From: Takakia lepidozioides
Taxonomy: Eukaryota > Plantae > Bryophyta
Reading direction: 5' to 3'
NCBI GenBank assembly: GCA_030704615.1
Contig: CM060732.1
Coordinates: 1,612,001 to 1,676,000 of the forward strand
Length of the DNA stretch: 64,000 bases
Position numbers and translations under genes: made by a program. The notes below the pieces were generated by a model. The model was not told the origin of the DNA. It searched no databases and saw only the letters and a program-made list of their open reading frames with translations. Shown piece after piece: positions 1-13,003 of the stretch. Position 1 is the first letter of the stretch. The number at the start of each line of letters is the position of its first letter.

Positions 1-2069
1 ACTTGGTGACAAACTACAATTATATACCCCGTATCAGACTGTAAATTCTCATCTCCATCGTTGGTAAAAAGTTGCGCTTCTCGCCATTCGTCGTATTTTC
101 GCTACACACATATTTTGTGGTATATTTGGAAATCAATCCCTGGTGATGGCTCTGGGTCTTTGACCCTGCCACTGAGTCATAGGTTGTCCGGAGTCCCCTC
201 CAGTTGTCCCGCACCACTAACAAGTCCACACTTTGCCGTTGAAGTCGCCCTGACCTGCTGTCATTCCGATGCGGCCAATTGCTTTGTTGCGATATTTCAT
301 CGCTATACATGTCGTTTCCACCAATTGCCAAGCTCCTCACCGTGTGTTCCTACTGGACTTGAAAGGCGGGAAAAAAGAGAGATCGCAATCTGGGACTTGA
401 ACAGTCGTCCTGTATTGTTTGAACAGGATTAACTCGTCGTTTCTAGTACCGAATTGGCAGCCTAATATGCTGTCGATGCAGCTTCCTACGGTCATCTTAA
501 CGCCAGAGTTCCACTCCATGGTCGTCGCAAAACACTGTCTAATTTCCTACGTGCTTTACCAACGATTTCCAGACAACTAACAAACTAACCTGTTTTGGCA
601 GTACAATGCCGAAACCGCTTGTCTTATGATAAAAAACGAGCTGAAAAGAAAAGTGTACCAATATATGCATCTACATATATGGCGACCAATGGGGAACACT
701 CGTCCCGAGTGTAAGAGAATCCATGATCTCTGGTTCGTAAAAATCCCCCTACTAAAGTATCCCTGATATCCCTTGGAGTCAACGACTCCCTTGAGTAAAG
801 ATAAGACTAATTCCCCTCAGGTTCTTCCTCCTCGGAGAGAGTTCGAGTCTTCCGGGAGAGAGGAGGAAATAAAAAACAAAGCCAAAAAAATGTTTCAAAA
901 CCACCCAGCTCGCCCTCTCCGGAGAGAGTTGGAGTTCCCAGCTAAAAAATACTCTAAAACCGCCATCCTCCCCCACCGGACTGGGTTCGAATCCCCTAGA
1001 TGATGTAAGAGAGATATGCGCGGTGCAAATTGATAATTCTACTCTAAAATAGCCTTGGAATGACTTTGGTTCTACCCTACTTGACATGGCTTGCAGGGAC
1101 CTCTCATGGATGTGCACAGCCCGTGATAAATCGATCACTGTGAACTACGACCTCGACTCGAATCCGGAAGGGTCTAGAAGCTCCTAAACAAGATGCTTCT
1201 GGGAGTCTCAATTCTTGGCTCCCACAACAACAGAAAAGATTGGATACCCGAGGACCCTACCCATGAAATAAACGCACCATTCCTAACTACAATCTAACTT
1301 GATTCATGACTCGCAGGGACCTCTCATGGATTTCGCAGAGCTCATGATGAAATTCTTGACCTAAGAAACGATTGGATCCATTCTGCACCTCAGAGGACCA
1401 TACTCTGGAACAATGTAACATTCTATCTAAAAAGGTCACAGACCCTTATGGGTTTTCCTATGCCTGACGCCCTTCACTCATGTGAGGGGAGCAGCAACCA
1501 CTGCTCTACAAGTCACCTTTTACCCCCTCACCGCTTTTGACTTTTCTCTCTCTACGAGGAATGTTGCAGCGGGGTAAGGTGAAAATAACAAAAGGTTTAA
1601 GGTTAAGAATCCCCGTGCGGGAAGTCGTTGTGCTCCATGCAGGAAGCATCAGTATACTGCAGAATGCTTGATACATCAAGCATTGACTTTTTCTCGAGAT
1701 ATGCTTTGAGCAGACACAGATAGACTTTGTGATAAAAAAAACAAATGATGATCGACAGTGTGCATTGAACAAGAGTGCATATATTAGCCAACCCATTGTT
1801 CTCATTCCTGCACCTGTGGTTCTCCACAGAAGAAAAGAAACTCACAACACGTGATTAGTAACGAAGATGTATGAAGTCTTCTACTTGGCAATTGGATGGT
1901 CATAGCTTTCATAGCTTATGCCATATCAGACGGATTCTAATTCTACAAGGTGGATTAGATTACTGCACGCTATGTGCCCCGCATCCCAAGGCCTGTCCTT
2001 GTGGATTCCAATAACTACCCGAAAATTCACTCTGGAGAACAAACCACCTCTGTAATGCAACTGCATTGT
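1..2069 (-). mobile_element. 3' internal region of a gypsy family A element (sister of family B), interrupted at 2069/2070 by LTR-B
   Basis: Homologous to the post-integrase region of family B (4940-6277, 33840-35400); reverse complement of 24276-26300. Confidence 0.7.
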
Positions 2070-4135
2070 TGACGAGCCCTGGTCGCGCACGGCCAGGGTG
2101 ACGGCATACTAGCCTAGGGGATCGTGGCAAGTTGCGGTGTAGGTTGGGCTCAACGAACCGCCTACCCGGTTGCGGTAAGTGCAGGGGTCCGTGGCAGCTA
2201 TGGACGGATCTAGATAGTCCAACTTCCTACCGGCAAAGCAAAGCTTAACAACTCTACTTCACAGGGCGATTTACATTTCCTAGTCCTACGTTTTGTTTAT
2301 GGGTTTTCTACGTCTTTAATCGTAATTGCGTTCCAAGTCTTTGTTTATTACTACTTCCTACATGTCTGGACTCCCAACACGCTTATAGTCGGGACGAACC
2401 TTCAAATCCCTTCACAAAACGAATCCCGAGCCCAGGGAGACGGGGATCATCTATCTCCTGCCCACTGCCCCCCCCCCTAAATCCTGAGGTGGATGAGTGT
2501 CCTACCTCCTAGAAAGGGACCGGATCCGCTTTCCCAAGTCAATCTTTCCTGCTTAGAGCGATCCCAAAATGCAACCTCAATGGTCAGTCCATCGGGTGAA
2601 TGATAACAATTCAAACCTCTAGGTAATTCTCGAGATCTAATAACAATGGCCGTTCCTTGGCCCAAGCCCCCCCCCAGCGGCCGGGTACTTGACTTCAAAT
2701 ATCCTCGGTGGCAGGGGACGATACCGCCCTTAAAACTTACGTTTCGAAATTAAGGGGGTCCGGATAAAATCCCTTAATAAAGACGAATTACCCTGCTAAA
2801 CAATAAAGACAAATCATTAAAATATTCCTACAAATACATGAAATTCGTAGAAATAGTCGTAGGATGCTCGAGCTAACTAAATTACCCTCAAGGTACCAGG
2901 GGAACGCCCTGGGAATGCCCCTTTATGCCGAGAGCGTTAGGGAACCGCTCTCCACTTGGGAGCGCCCCTAAATTCCTACACCAAACCACTCAAGAACTCA
3001 TTAGCAACTTAAACCATCACCGGGCCAGGATGAATGAAATCTGTCGCCCGTCAGTTTCTCATCTGCTCGCCACCCTGATGTGTAAATAATGATTAAACAT
3101 TCAGTGGGTCCCAGGGTCCATTCCCTGCGCCTCTTCCACCTACTTCCAATATAATCTGATTAATTTATGCAGGCAACCAACCTAGAACGAAGTTGAAACA
3201 TGTCATCTTCTACCTTGTGAAACCCCACCAAGGATTCTCTCATCCTTGTCTCTGGGCTCACTCTCTCTTCCTGTGGCATCTACCCGTGAGCCGTGCTTTC
3301 ACAAACCCCGGAATACATATCAAACTGATGGCCTCGCTGGGTGGTTCCAACCATTTCTTATCCTTCGCTAAAACACGCCCTTATTCTCATGCAAGAAGAA
3401 TACCATGAATAATGCACAAAAAATCAAGGGCATAAGGAGAAAACCCCCCTTAAAATACCCGATCCAGGGACCAACAGTCCCTGGCGGGGTCCGTCGAATT
3501 ACCCAGCGGTTAAGATTGATACCCCGCGGCCAACGCTACATGGTGCGACGTGGCTGGCCGCCGCCGGCGCGGGTCCAGCCGTTAATAGGCGGGCTCCGTC
3601 GTCTCTGCCGCTCGTGTCGTACCTGCGCGGGCCCAACTATGGTGCCTGGTGCTGCCACGCAGGGCACCAGCGAGCGTACTTTGCTCCAGGGGTCAACTCC
3701 CCCCACGGGGGCAGGCTGCGCCATCCGTGGTAGATGCGCCACTCCATGGCGATTTTAGGCAACCTCCTTGGTTGACCTCCAACCCAAAGGCGCCTAAGGC
3801 GCCGGCACTTAAGTGCTGGGCTCTGCCCTTTTTGGCAACCCTTTACAAAATAGCTTAACCACTTATAAGTTAGTTAGCAACGTCTCCCATGGTCCTCTAT
3901 GGCCAGGGGGCTTATGAATCATAGATATGATCTTAATAATATGGAAATTTTGGCGATAGCTTCGCCGTCTCATGCAATATGGCCGTCGCCACTAAGCTAG
4001 AAAGGGAAATTTGACAAGAGCTTCGCCACTTCATGCAAGCTCGCCCTCTCCTTAAACATAATAATAGACATCTACCCTCACTTCCATGACGTAATTGGGT
4101 TAGATTCCTAAGGCCCTGTCTCCTGGGGCTTCACA
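2070..4135 (-). repeat. Complete LTR of gypsy family B (~2.07 kb), 3' LTR of a rearranged copy
   Basis: Minus strand reads TGTGAAGCCCC...GGCTCGTCA (TG...CA); 2070-3070 matches 53260-54262, which abuts a PBS; 3985-4135 matches 32877-33027. Confidence 0.85.
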
Positions 4136-6277
4136 CCTGTGCTCTTCACACATGTACATAGCGATGCACACACATCCTCTTTGAAAGAGGTTTAGTTTTT
4201 ATAGATTTTTAGCAAACAATGCTTATAAGGTCCTTTCCTTGGACAAAGCTTGAACAGCAAATGAAATGAATGAATTCAAAGGTCAAGAATGTATAGTAAG
4301 TCACCCTCTGAAACAAGTGGTGCTTGGGATGCACTAAATCGCTCGGTAGAATGGTACTCAAGTTTGGTCCTCCTCCGGCACTCCTACTCGTCCTCAAGTC
4401 TCCCACTCCATGGAGCGCTTCCTCTACTTCTTGCCGTCAAATGGCCACAAGGCCTTGAGCTAGGACTATCATTCTCTCAATATGCTTGCTTCTAATACTA
4501 GAGAGCCACAAGCTCAACTCTCTAGGAACTAGCTCCCTCAAGCTCAAAACTAACTACACAAACAAGAGGCCAAAACAAGGAAATGAGACTAGATTGAAGA
4601 ACAAGAAGAGCCTGCTCTTCTTTTATTGTGTTTTTGGGGCCTCTTAAACTAGTGAAGGATAGTCTTAAACTATGATTTCCTACATGCATCTATAATTTTA
4701 AAACGATAGAACACCATAAAATAATAACCACGGATGGAAAACCTTGGTGTTAATAATAAATCTGGTTTTTCATCCATCCAATGGATGACCAGTTGGCACT
4801 AGGTTGTCTTTTCATCCCTCCAGCTTGCAGGTCGAATTTCTAGATTGCATCCATTGGATGAACTAGAATTCCATTTAATCGCCTTTCGCAACTGCCTCCG
4901 GTGTGATAATTCGATGTTATCTCTCATCACCTCCAAAAATCCTCAAACTTAGTGACAAATTATAATTACACACCTTGTAGCTGCCCACAAAATCTCAAGG
5001 GAATCGGGGAAGAAAAGCCACACCTTTGGTTGGTTTCCATGGTTTCACCATACAGGCAGTCTGTCGCGTCCTGGCAGTAAAAATACTGGTGGTGCCCCCA
5101 GGGGGTCTTTGGCCCTGCCACTGGGTCACAGATCATCTGGAGTTTCCTCCTACACACTTTGCATCGCTGAGGAGTTCAAAACTTCGTCCGGAAGCTCCTT
5201 CACCCATCGTTTGCTCCGATGCAGCACTTGTTTTGTCGCGATATTTCATCGCTGTACAGATTGTTTCCTCCAATTGCCAAGACTCCTCGCCACGTGCTCC
5301 TACTGGACTTGAAAGGCGGGAGAATACAAAGATCGCAATCCGGGACTGAAACAGTCGTCATGAATTGTTTCGAACAAGTGCATGTTGTCGTTACTGGTAC
5401 CGAATTGGCAGCCTAACTCGCTGTCGATGCAGCTCCCTACGGTCATTTTGACGCCAGAGCTCCTCCATGGTCGTCTCAGACATAATCTAAATCCCTACGT
5501 GCTTTACCAGCAATTCCCAGATAACTCACAAACTGCCCTGCTTTGGCAATACAATGCCTAAACTGTCTGCCTTAAGATAAAAAACGATCTGAAAAGAAAT
5601 ATGTACCAATATATGCATCTACATATATGACGACCAATGGGGAACACTTGCCCCGAGTGTAAAAGAACTCAAAATCTCTGGTTCGCACAATCCCCCTACT
5701 AGGGTATCACTGATATCCCTTGGAGTCAACGACTCTCTTAAGTGACATGAAAAAGATGAAGAGTAATTTCCCTTCGGCTCTCCCTCTTCGGAGAGAGTTC
5801 AAGTCTTCCGGGAGAGAGGAGGGAAAAATAAAATAAAATGCCAAAAAATACTTCAAAACCACCCGACTCACCCTCTTCGGAGAGAGTTGGAGTTCCCAGA
5901 TAAAAAATACTTCAAAACCGCCATTCTCCCCCACCGGACTGGGTTCGAATCCCCTAGATGATGCAAGAAAGATATGCGCGGTGCAATTTGATAATCCTAT
6001 TCTAACACAGCCTTGGAAAGACTTTGGTTCTAAATGTTAGGGCCTCGACTCGAGCTCGGACGGGCCTAAATGCCCCTAAACAGGAAGCATCTGGGAGGGC
6101 TAAAGAGCAGCTCCCGCGTCAACGGAAAAGATTGGATACATTCTGAACCTCAGAGGACCACACTCTGGTAACTATCTTCATGACTCGCAGGATCGCAGAG
6201 TTCATGGTGAGACATCTGAAAGATTGGATACTTTCTGAACCTCAGAGGACTACACTCTGGTAATAGACGGACCAACA
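4136..6277 (-). mobile_element. 3' region between integrase and 3' LTR of family B, duplicate copy
   Basis: Near-identical to 33028-35005, which follows the integrase stop on the minus strand. Confidence 0.8.
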
Positions 6278-6423
6278 CATGTCATTACAAAGGGTAGAAA
6301 TAAATCGTAAAAGTCAAATATAAAAAAAAATTACTTGGGTAAACGTCCAGATTCGACGTGACGTGACGGCCGAGGTGACGTCTGACGTGTCCGGGCCATG
6401 TCACGTCAGGAATGATAACTAGG
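6278..6423 (-). mobile_element. hAT-like L terminus, locally inverted
   Basis: ...AATGATAACTAGG followed by TTCTCCAT is the reverse complement of the junction at 36316-36470. Confidence 0.9.
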
Positions 6424-6743
6424 TTCTCCATCAATTATCGCAAGGCTACCCCTTATCACCCTCAGACAAGTGGTCAAGTAGAGCGCGCCAATCAAACCTT
6501 GTGCAACATCCTCTCCAAAACAATTAGGGAGCACAAGCGGGACTGGGACACCAAGTTGATCTCAGCTTTGTGGGCGTTTAGCACTACACATAAGGTAACC
6601 ATTCGACACACCCCATTTTCATTGGTTTACGGGGTGAAGTCCATTATGCCATTGAAACAGAGATTCCCTCATTGCGACTGGCTATCACTGAGAGATTGGC
6701 AACATCCGAGTCCCTGAAAGAACGACTCGAGATGCTGGAGGGA
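6424..6743 (+). pseudogene. Gypsy integrase C-terminal fragment inside a 0.9-kb inversion
   Basis: ATPYHPQTSGQVERANQ and TPFSLVYG motifs; frameshifted copy of 36003-36323. Confidence 0.9.
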
Positions 6744-7186
6744 TGAAAATCACGTGTTGTGAGTTTCTCTATTTTTCTTCACCAAGTGAAGAACCACAGG
6801 TGCAGGAATGGGAACAATGGGATGGCTAATATATGCACTCTTGTTCAATGCACACTGTCGATCATTTTTTGTCTTCTATCACAGAATATATCTGTGTTTG
6901 CTCAAAGCATATCTCGAGAAAAAGTAAGTGCTCCCTGCATCAAGCACTCCGCAGTAAACTGATGTTCCCTGCATGGGCACAGCGACTTTCTGCACGGGGA
7001 TTCTAACCTTAAACCTTTTGTCATTTTCACCTTGCCCCGCTGCAGCACTCCTCGAAGAGAGAGAAAAGTCAGAAGCAGTGAGGGGGTAAAATGTGAGTTG
7101 TAGAGCAGTGGTTGCTGCTCCCCTCACATGAGTGAAGGATGTTCAGCATAGGAAAACCCAGAAGGGCCTGTGACCTTTTTAGCATA

Positions 7187-8770
7187 GGTGTAAAACAGAC
7201 GTGACCAATTATTAAAATTTATTAATTTATTTTAAAAGAATACGTCCGCCCATATTAGCGGACGCTTAAAAGTTATTATTTTTTAAATCAAGCGACCACC
7301 CATATTGGGGGTCGCTTGTAATTTAATATTTTGTTAAATTAAGCGACCGCCTATATTGGCGGTTGCCGGCAATTTATGAAGTTTTAAATGGAGCGACCGC
7401 CCATATTGGCCGTTGCTTGCAATTTATTATATTTTAAATTAAGCGACAGCCTATATTGGCGGTCGCTTGAAAATTACTAGTTTTAAAATTACGACCCCGC
7501 CCAGATTGGCAGTCGCTCGTAGTTTAAAAAATACAGCGACCGCCATTCGCCGGCCGTCACATATTTTTATTTTTATTCTAAATTGAAGCGACTGCCAAAC
7601 CGTCGCTTCTTAAATTTTTTTTTTAAATGCAGCGATCGCCAAATGACGATCGCTCGTTTTGTTTTTTGAAATTTAGCGGCCGCCATTTAGCGGCAGTGGC
7701 TCTTTTTTTTAAGAAATTTAAATGAAGCGACTGCAACTATGGCAGTCGTTTTTTTTAAAAAAAATATAGGAAGCAACCGCCAATACGGCGATCGCTCTTT
7801 TTTGTTTTTTTTAAATAATAAAGCAAACGCCAGTGCGGCGGTCGTTTTTTTAAAAAAAATGAAGCACCGCCACTACGGTGGTCGCTCATTTTCGTTTACT
7901 TATTTTAAAAATGAAGCGACCGCCATATGGGGGTCGCTCTTTTTCGCTTTTTAAAAAACTGAAGCGACCACCAATACGGCGGTCGCTCCTTTAAATTTTA
8001 TTTTATTTAATAATAATTAAATAGTTAAATTTTAAAATAAGATTTTTTAATTAAAAAAGATGAAGCGACCGCCATACGGCGGTCGCTCTTCTTCGCTTTT
8101 TAAGAAAGTGAAGCGACCGCCAATAAAGCGGTCGTTCCTTTAATTTATTTTTGATTAAAATTTAAAAAAAATTAAAAAATTAAGTTTTTTATTTCTTAAA
8201 AAAATGAAGCGACCGCCCGATGGCGGTCGCTCTTTTTCGCTTTTTAAAAAACTAAAGCGACCGCCAATACAGCGGTCGCTCCTACAAGATTTTTTCTTAA
8301 AAACAAAACATTAATATTTTAAAAAATGAAGTTTTTCTAAAGAAAAAAATGAAGCAACCGACCTACGGCGGTCGCTCTTCTTCACTTCTTAAGAAACTGA
8401 AGCGACCGCCAATTCGGCGGCCGCTCGTTTACGTTTTGTTGTTCAATTTTCTTTAAAAAATAATAATAATAAATGAAGCGACCGCCCTATGGCTGTCTCT
8501 CTTTTTCATTTAAAAAAAAAATGAAGCGACCGCCACTACGGCGGTCGCTCTGTTAAGTTTTTCTAAAATGTGAAGCGACCATCCTATGGCGGTCGTTTTT
8601 TTTTTTTTTTTTAAATGAAGCGACCGCCAATACGGCATTCGCTCTTTTAGGTATTTGTTTTAAATGAAACGACCACCATATGGTGGTCGCTCTTTTTGGT
8701 ATTTATAAACCGCCCAATAGCAATCGCTCTTTTTTGTTTTTAAAAAAAAATGAAGCGACCGCCTATACGA
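7187..8770 (+). repeat. L-end subterminal array of GCGACCGCC-N4-GGCGGTCGC palindromes in AT-rich spacers
   Basis: More than 25 visible copies; duplicate of 36478-38250. Confidence 0.9.
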
Positions 8771-9146
8771 CAACGACACGTTAGTTCCGAAAATTTTGCT
8801 ACTTATGAACATGAAGCGGCTTCCGCTACGTGATGCTCCAGCCTCCTGGAGCAGCTCACACGTGTAGTCGTCTACCTTGCAAAGTCTTGGCGACCACTGC
8901 CTCCACCAAGCAGTTGATAGAGTCTTCGGAAAGCTCCATGGTCGTCGTTGTCATGTTCAACTGTCGGGGTTTCGGGCACTTTTTGGCCATGTGCAATTAA
9001 AGCACACCCCATCAAAGGTCGCCTTCTGCCCGCTATGTGCCATCGCACCTATTTTTCCTTTCGGAGCACCGGGTGCCGCCCTGGCATGCGAAGGCCCTCC
9101 CTTTGATCTCCAATTGTCATTGCCGTCGTATGGCTTATCCCAACAG

Positions 9147-11604
9147 GTCTAGGAGTCATACAAGATGAAACGAAATTCATCCGATTGGACAACGGATGGT
9201 TGGCCATCTGAATGATTTTTGTTTCCTTTCAAACTTTGCCAGTATGTTCGGTACGCCGTCTCACAGGTCTCGTACGAGTATGACATCAATCGAAATTTGT
9301 TAAATGGCCCAACGGACGGTTGCCCATCCAGATGAGTTTGGTTTGCTTTCAGACTTTGCCAGTATATTCAACATACCATAAGACGGGTTCCAGTGTAATA
9401 TGAGATGAAACGAAATTTGTTTGATGGGCCGACGGATGGATGCCCATCCAAATGATTTTGGTTCGCTTCGAAACTTCCGCAACGTCTTCAGTATACTGTC
9501 TCACAGATCCCTGAGTAATATAAGATGAAATGACATTCGTTCAATGGGCCAATGGCGCGTTCACCTATCATGAAATTTCGCTCATTGCGAAAAAGAATGG
9601 CGGTCGAATGGTTGACCATCCAAATGATTTTTGTTTGCTTTCAAACTTTGTTACTATGTTCAACATACCATGTATCAGGTCCCGGACTAATATGAGATGA
9701 AACAAAATTCATTTGATGGCTGAACAGATGGTTGCCCATCCAAATGATTTTGTTTCGCTTTTAGACTTTGCCAGTGTGTTCAATGTACCATCTAAGAGGT
9801 CCCAGAGTAATATGAGATGAAACGAAATTCGTCCAATGGGCCAACGGAGGGTTGCCCATCCAAATGATTTTCGTTCGTTTCGAAACTTGGCCAGTATGTC
9901 CAATGTACCATCTGACAGGTCCCAGAGTAATATGAGATCAATCGAAATTTGTTCAATGGGCCAATGAGGCGTTCACGTGTCATTCAATTTTGTTCATTGC
10001 GATAAAGAAATCCCCTCGTGGGTGAACGGGTAATGCACCCATTGAACGGATGAAGTTGAAGCCCATCTTTTGCCCGCGTGTGCTTGAATATGTGTGCAAC
10101 ACATGTGCGGAAAAACAAGAGAAGCAACAAACATTTGCCTCCCCAACCACGCCATCGTCTTTCCACCAATTTGTAATTAAATTGAGTTTAAATAAATTTC
10201 AAGCAAATAAATAGGTTTACATTGTCTTTGATTAGGGTTTTCTGCTACGTAACAAATTTTTTTTTGGCTCAATCTTGTTCTCAGGCTTCAACCCTCCCAC
10301 CGCCACATCCCTGCAAAACTTTGGACTAAACAAAAATGATTTTTTTTTTAAATTGTTCTCTTCGCTCACTATTGCTGAACTCTCTATGAAGAGTGCATGA
10401 AGTAGAAGACGAATCAAGTTTGGAATGCAAATTAGGGAAGAAACAATGGTTTTAGGTCATAATGACTTTTGTTCGCTATGAAATTTGGCACGCACGTTGC
10501 ATATGTCGTCATTAGACATATGGTTAAAAAATGGAATGAAAAAAAAATCATGTGCACCCGGCGCCGTCCAACAGGTCCCAAAGTAATAGCACATCAAACG
10601 GAATTCATCCAACAGTTGAACGGATGGTTGCCCATCCAAATCATTTTTGTTTGTTTTCAAACTTTGTCAGTACACCTTTTCACAGGTCCCGGACTAATAT
10701 GAGATGAAACGAAATTCATTTGATGGCTGAACAGATGGTTGCCCATCCAAATGATTTTGGTTCGTTTTCAGACTTTGTCAGTGTGCTCAATGTACCATGT
10801 AAGAAGTCCCAGAGTAATATGAGATGAAACGAAATTCGTCCAATGGGCCAACAGATCGTTGCACATCCAAATGATTTTCGTTCGCTTCGAGACTTGGCCA
10901 GTATGTCCAATGTACCATCTGACAGGTCCCAGAGTAATATGAAATCAATCGAAAGTCATTCAATGGGCCAATGAGGCATTCATGTGTCATCCAATTTTGT
11001 TCATTGCGAAAATAAAATCCTGTCATGGATGAACGGCCAATGCACCCATTGAACGGATGAGGTTGAGGCCCATTTATTGCCCACATGTGCTTGAATATGT
11101 ATGCAACACATGTGCGGAGAACCAATAGAAGAAACAAACATTTGTCTTCCCAACCACGCCCTCGTCCTTCCACCAATTTACAATTAAATTGAGTTTAAAT
11201 GAATTTCAAAGCAAATAAATAGGTTTACATTGTCTTTGATTGGGGTTTTCTACTGCGTAACGATTTTATTTTGCTCAATCTTATTCTCTGGCTTCTACCT
11301 TCCCACTGCTACATCCCTACAAAATTTTGGACCAAACAAAAATGATTTTTTTTTAAAGTATTCACTTGGCTCAGTATTGCAGAACTCTTTATGAAGAGTG
11401 CATGAAGTAAAAGACAAATCAAGTTCGAAGTGCAAATTAGGGAATAAACTATGGTTTTGGGTCCTAATAACTTTTGTTCGCTATGAAATTTGGCACGCAC
11501 GTTGCATATGTCGTCATTAGACACATGGTTCAAAAACGGAATGATAAAAAAATCATGTGCACACAAAAACCCGTCCAACAGGACCAGAGTAATAGCACAT
11601 CAAA
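9147..11604 (+). repeat. 120-bp satellite with ~1-kb higher-order unit
   Basis: GTCCC(A/G)GA(G/C)TAATATGAGAT recurs at 9679, 9799 and 9919; ~600-bp spacer repeated at ~9965 and ~10975. Confidence 0.9.
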
Positions 11605-12570
11605 CCCGGTTATCAGTGTCACGTCCGTCCGTCAGCGTCAGGTCACTTCAAACCTGACGCTGACGGGACCTCCGTCACTTCAGGTTCGGGGAATATTCAG
11701 GTAAAAATAGTACCAGGTAAAATATTGCCACTTAAGCAGCCACGTCGCCGACACGGTTGCGGTGGGAAATACATTTTGAAAATTAACAAAATGAACACGA
11801 CCGCCAATTCGCTTTGTTTTTCGAAATGAAAAAAGAAATAGGGACCTCCGTATTGGCGGTCATTCATTTTTTTTTTAAAAAGCAAGATTGGCGGACGCAC
11901 TAGAGGTCGCTTTTTTTTTCGAAATAGAAAAAGAAATAGCGACCGCCATATTGGCGGTCGCTTCAATTTTATTTTTTTAAAGCAAGATTGGCGGTCGTAG
12001 TGGCGGTCGCTTTATTTTTTGAATTAAAAAAAGAAATAGCGACCGCTATCTTGGCGGTCGCTTCAATTTATTATTATTTTTAAACAAGATCGGCGGTCGC
12101 ATTGGCGGTCCCCTAATTTAAAAAAGAAAACCAGTGACTGCCGTATTGGCGGTCGCACAATTTTGTAAATATGTACAGAACAAGCGACCGCCATTGGGCG
12201 GTCGCTTAATTTAAGGAATATATAGAAAAACAAACGACCGCCATCAAATATAAAGATTAAAAGCGACCGCCTTACTAGCAGTCGCGTTTTTCTTAAAATA
12301 TTAAAAATAAAAGCGACCACCATATTGGCGGTCGCTTTATTTTAAATATATTAACAAATGAAGCGACCGCCATACCGGCAGTCGCATTATATTTTGAAAT
12401 AAAAAACAATAGCGACCGCCATACGGGCAGTCGCTTAAATTTAAAAATATACAAAATAGAAGTGACAGCAATATTGCACAAAATGAAAGGAAATAAAAGC
12501 GACCGTAGTAGTGGCGGTCGCTTGTTTTTCATATTAAAAAAAAATAGCGACCGTAGTATAGCGGTCGCTT
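11605..12570 (+). mobile_element. hAT-like R terminus and subterminal arrays of the nested transposase-bearing copy
   Basis: CCCGGTTATCAG preceded by ACATCAAA (11597-11604), then a TGACG/CGTCA cluster and a palindrome array. Confidence 0.9.
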
Positions 12571-13003
12571 AATTTCAAATTTACAACAAATATGGTTGTA
12601 CAGCTTTTTTCGGGTGGGCGCTATTGGTTCGTCATTTATTCATTTCACTTTCATTTCACTTTCATCCCTCTTGGATCATATATAAGGGAGGAGGGTCACC
12701 AAGTTCCTCACTTCTTTTGGCGCAAACACTTGAGGTTGCTTTGGATGTTCTTTTCCATTGAATGAGAGTGTAGCCCAAGAGGAGGGTGCGCACCTTTTGC
12801 CGTTGTGGCTTCCATCAAAGCCACTTCAGCAAATTGTGTATAAGCTCAACACTACAACCCACATCGACCCACTTGGGTTGCTGACAGGTGTAGAAGTGTT
12901 GGGCTATCGCATTGCACTCTACATTCACAACACGTTCATTTATAGGTGACTGTTTTTTGTTGCTTGCATCGCTAGGTCCCAGGGGAGTGGATATTGGGTG
13001 AAG

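Noticed and set aside
2070-4135. Solo LTR
   Set aside because: Flanks ATTGT and CCTGT differ, and the right flank is the element's own 3' region
7187-8770. Palindromic repeats with spacers resembling a CRISPR array
   Set aside because: Spacers are low-complexity A/T tracts, repeats are degenerate, there are no cas genes, and the arrays track transposon ends
9300-12532. Many 60-130 aa ORFs recurring in several places
   Set aside because: Translations of satellite and palindrome arrays
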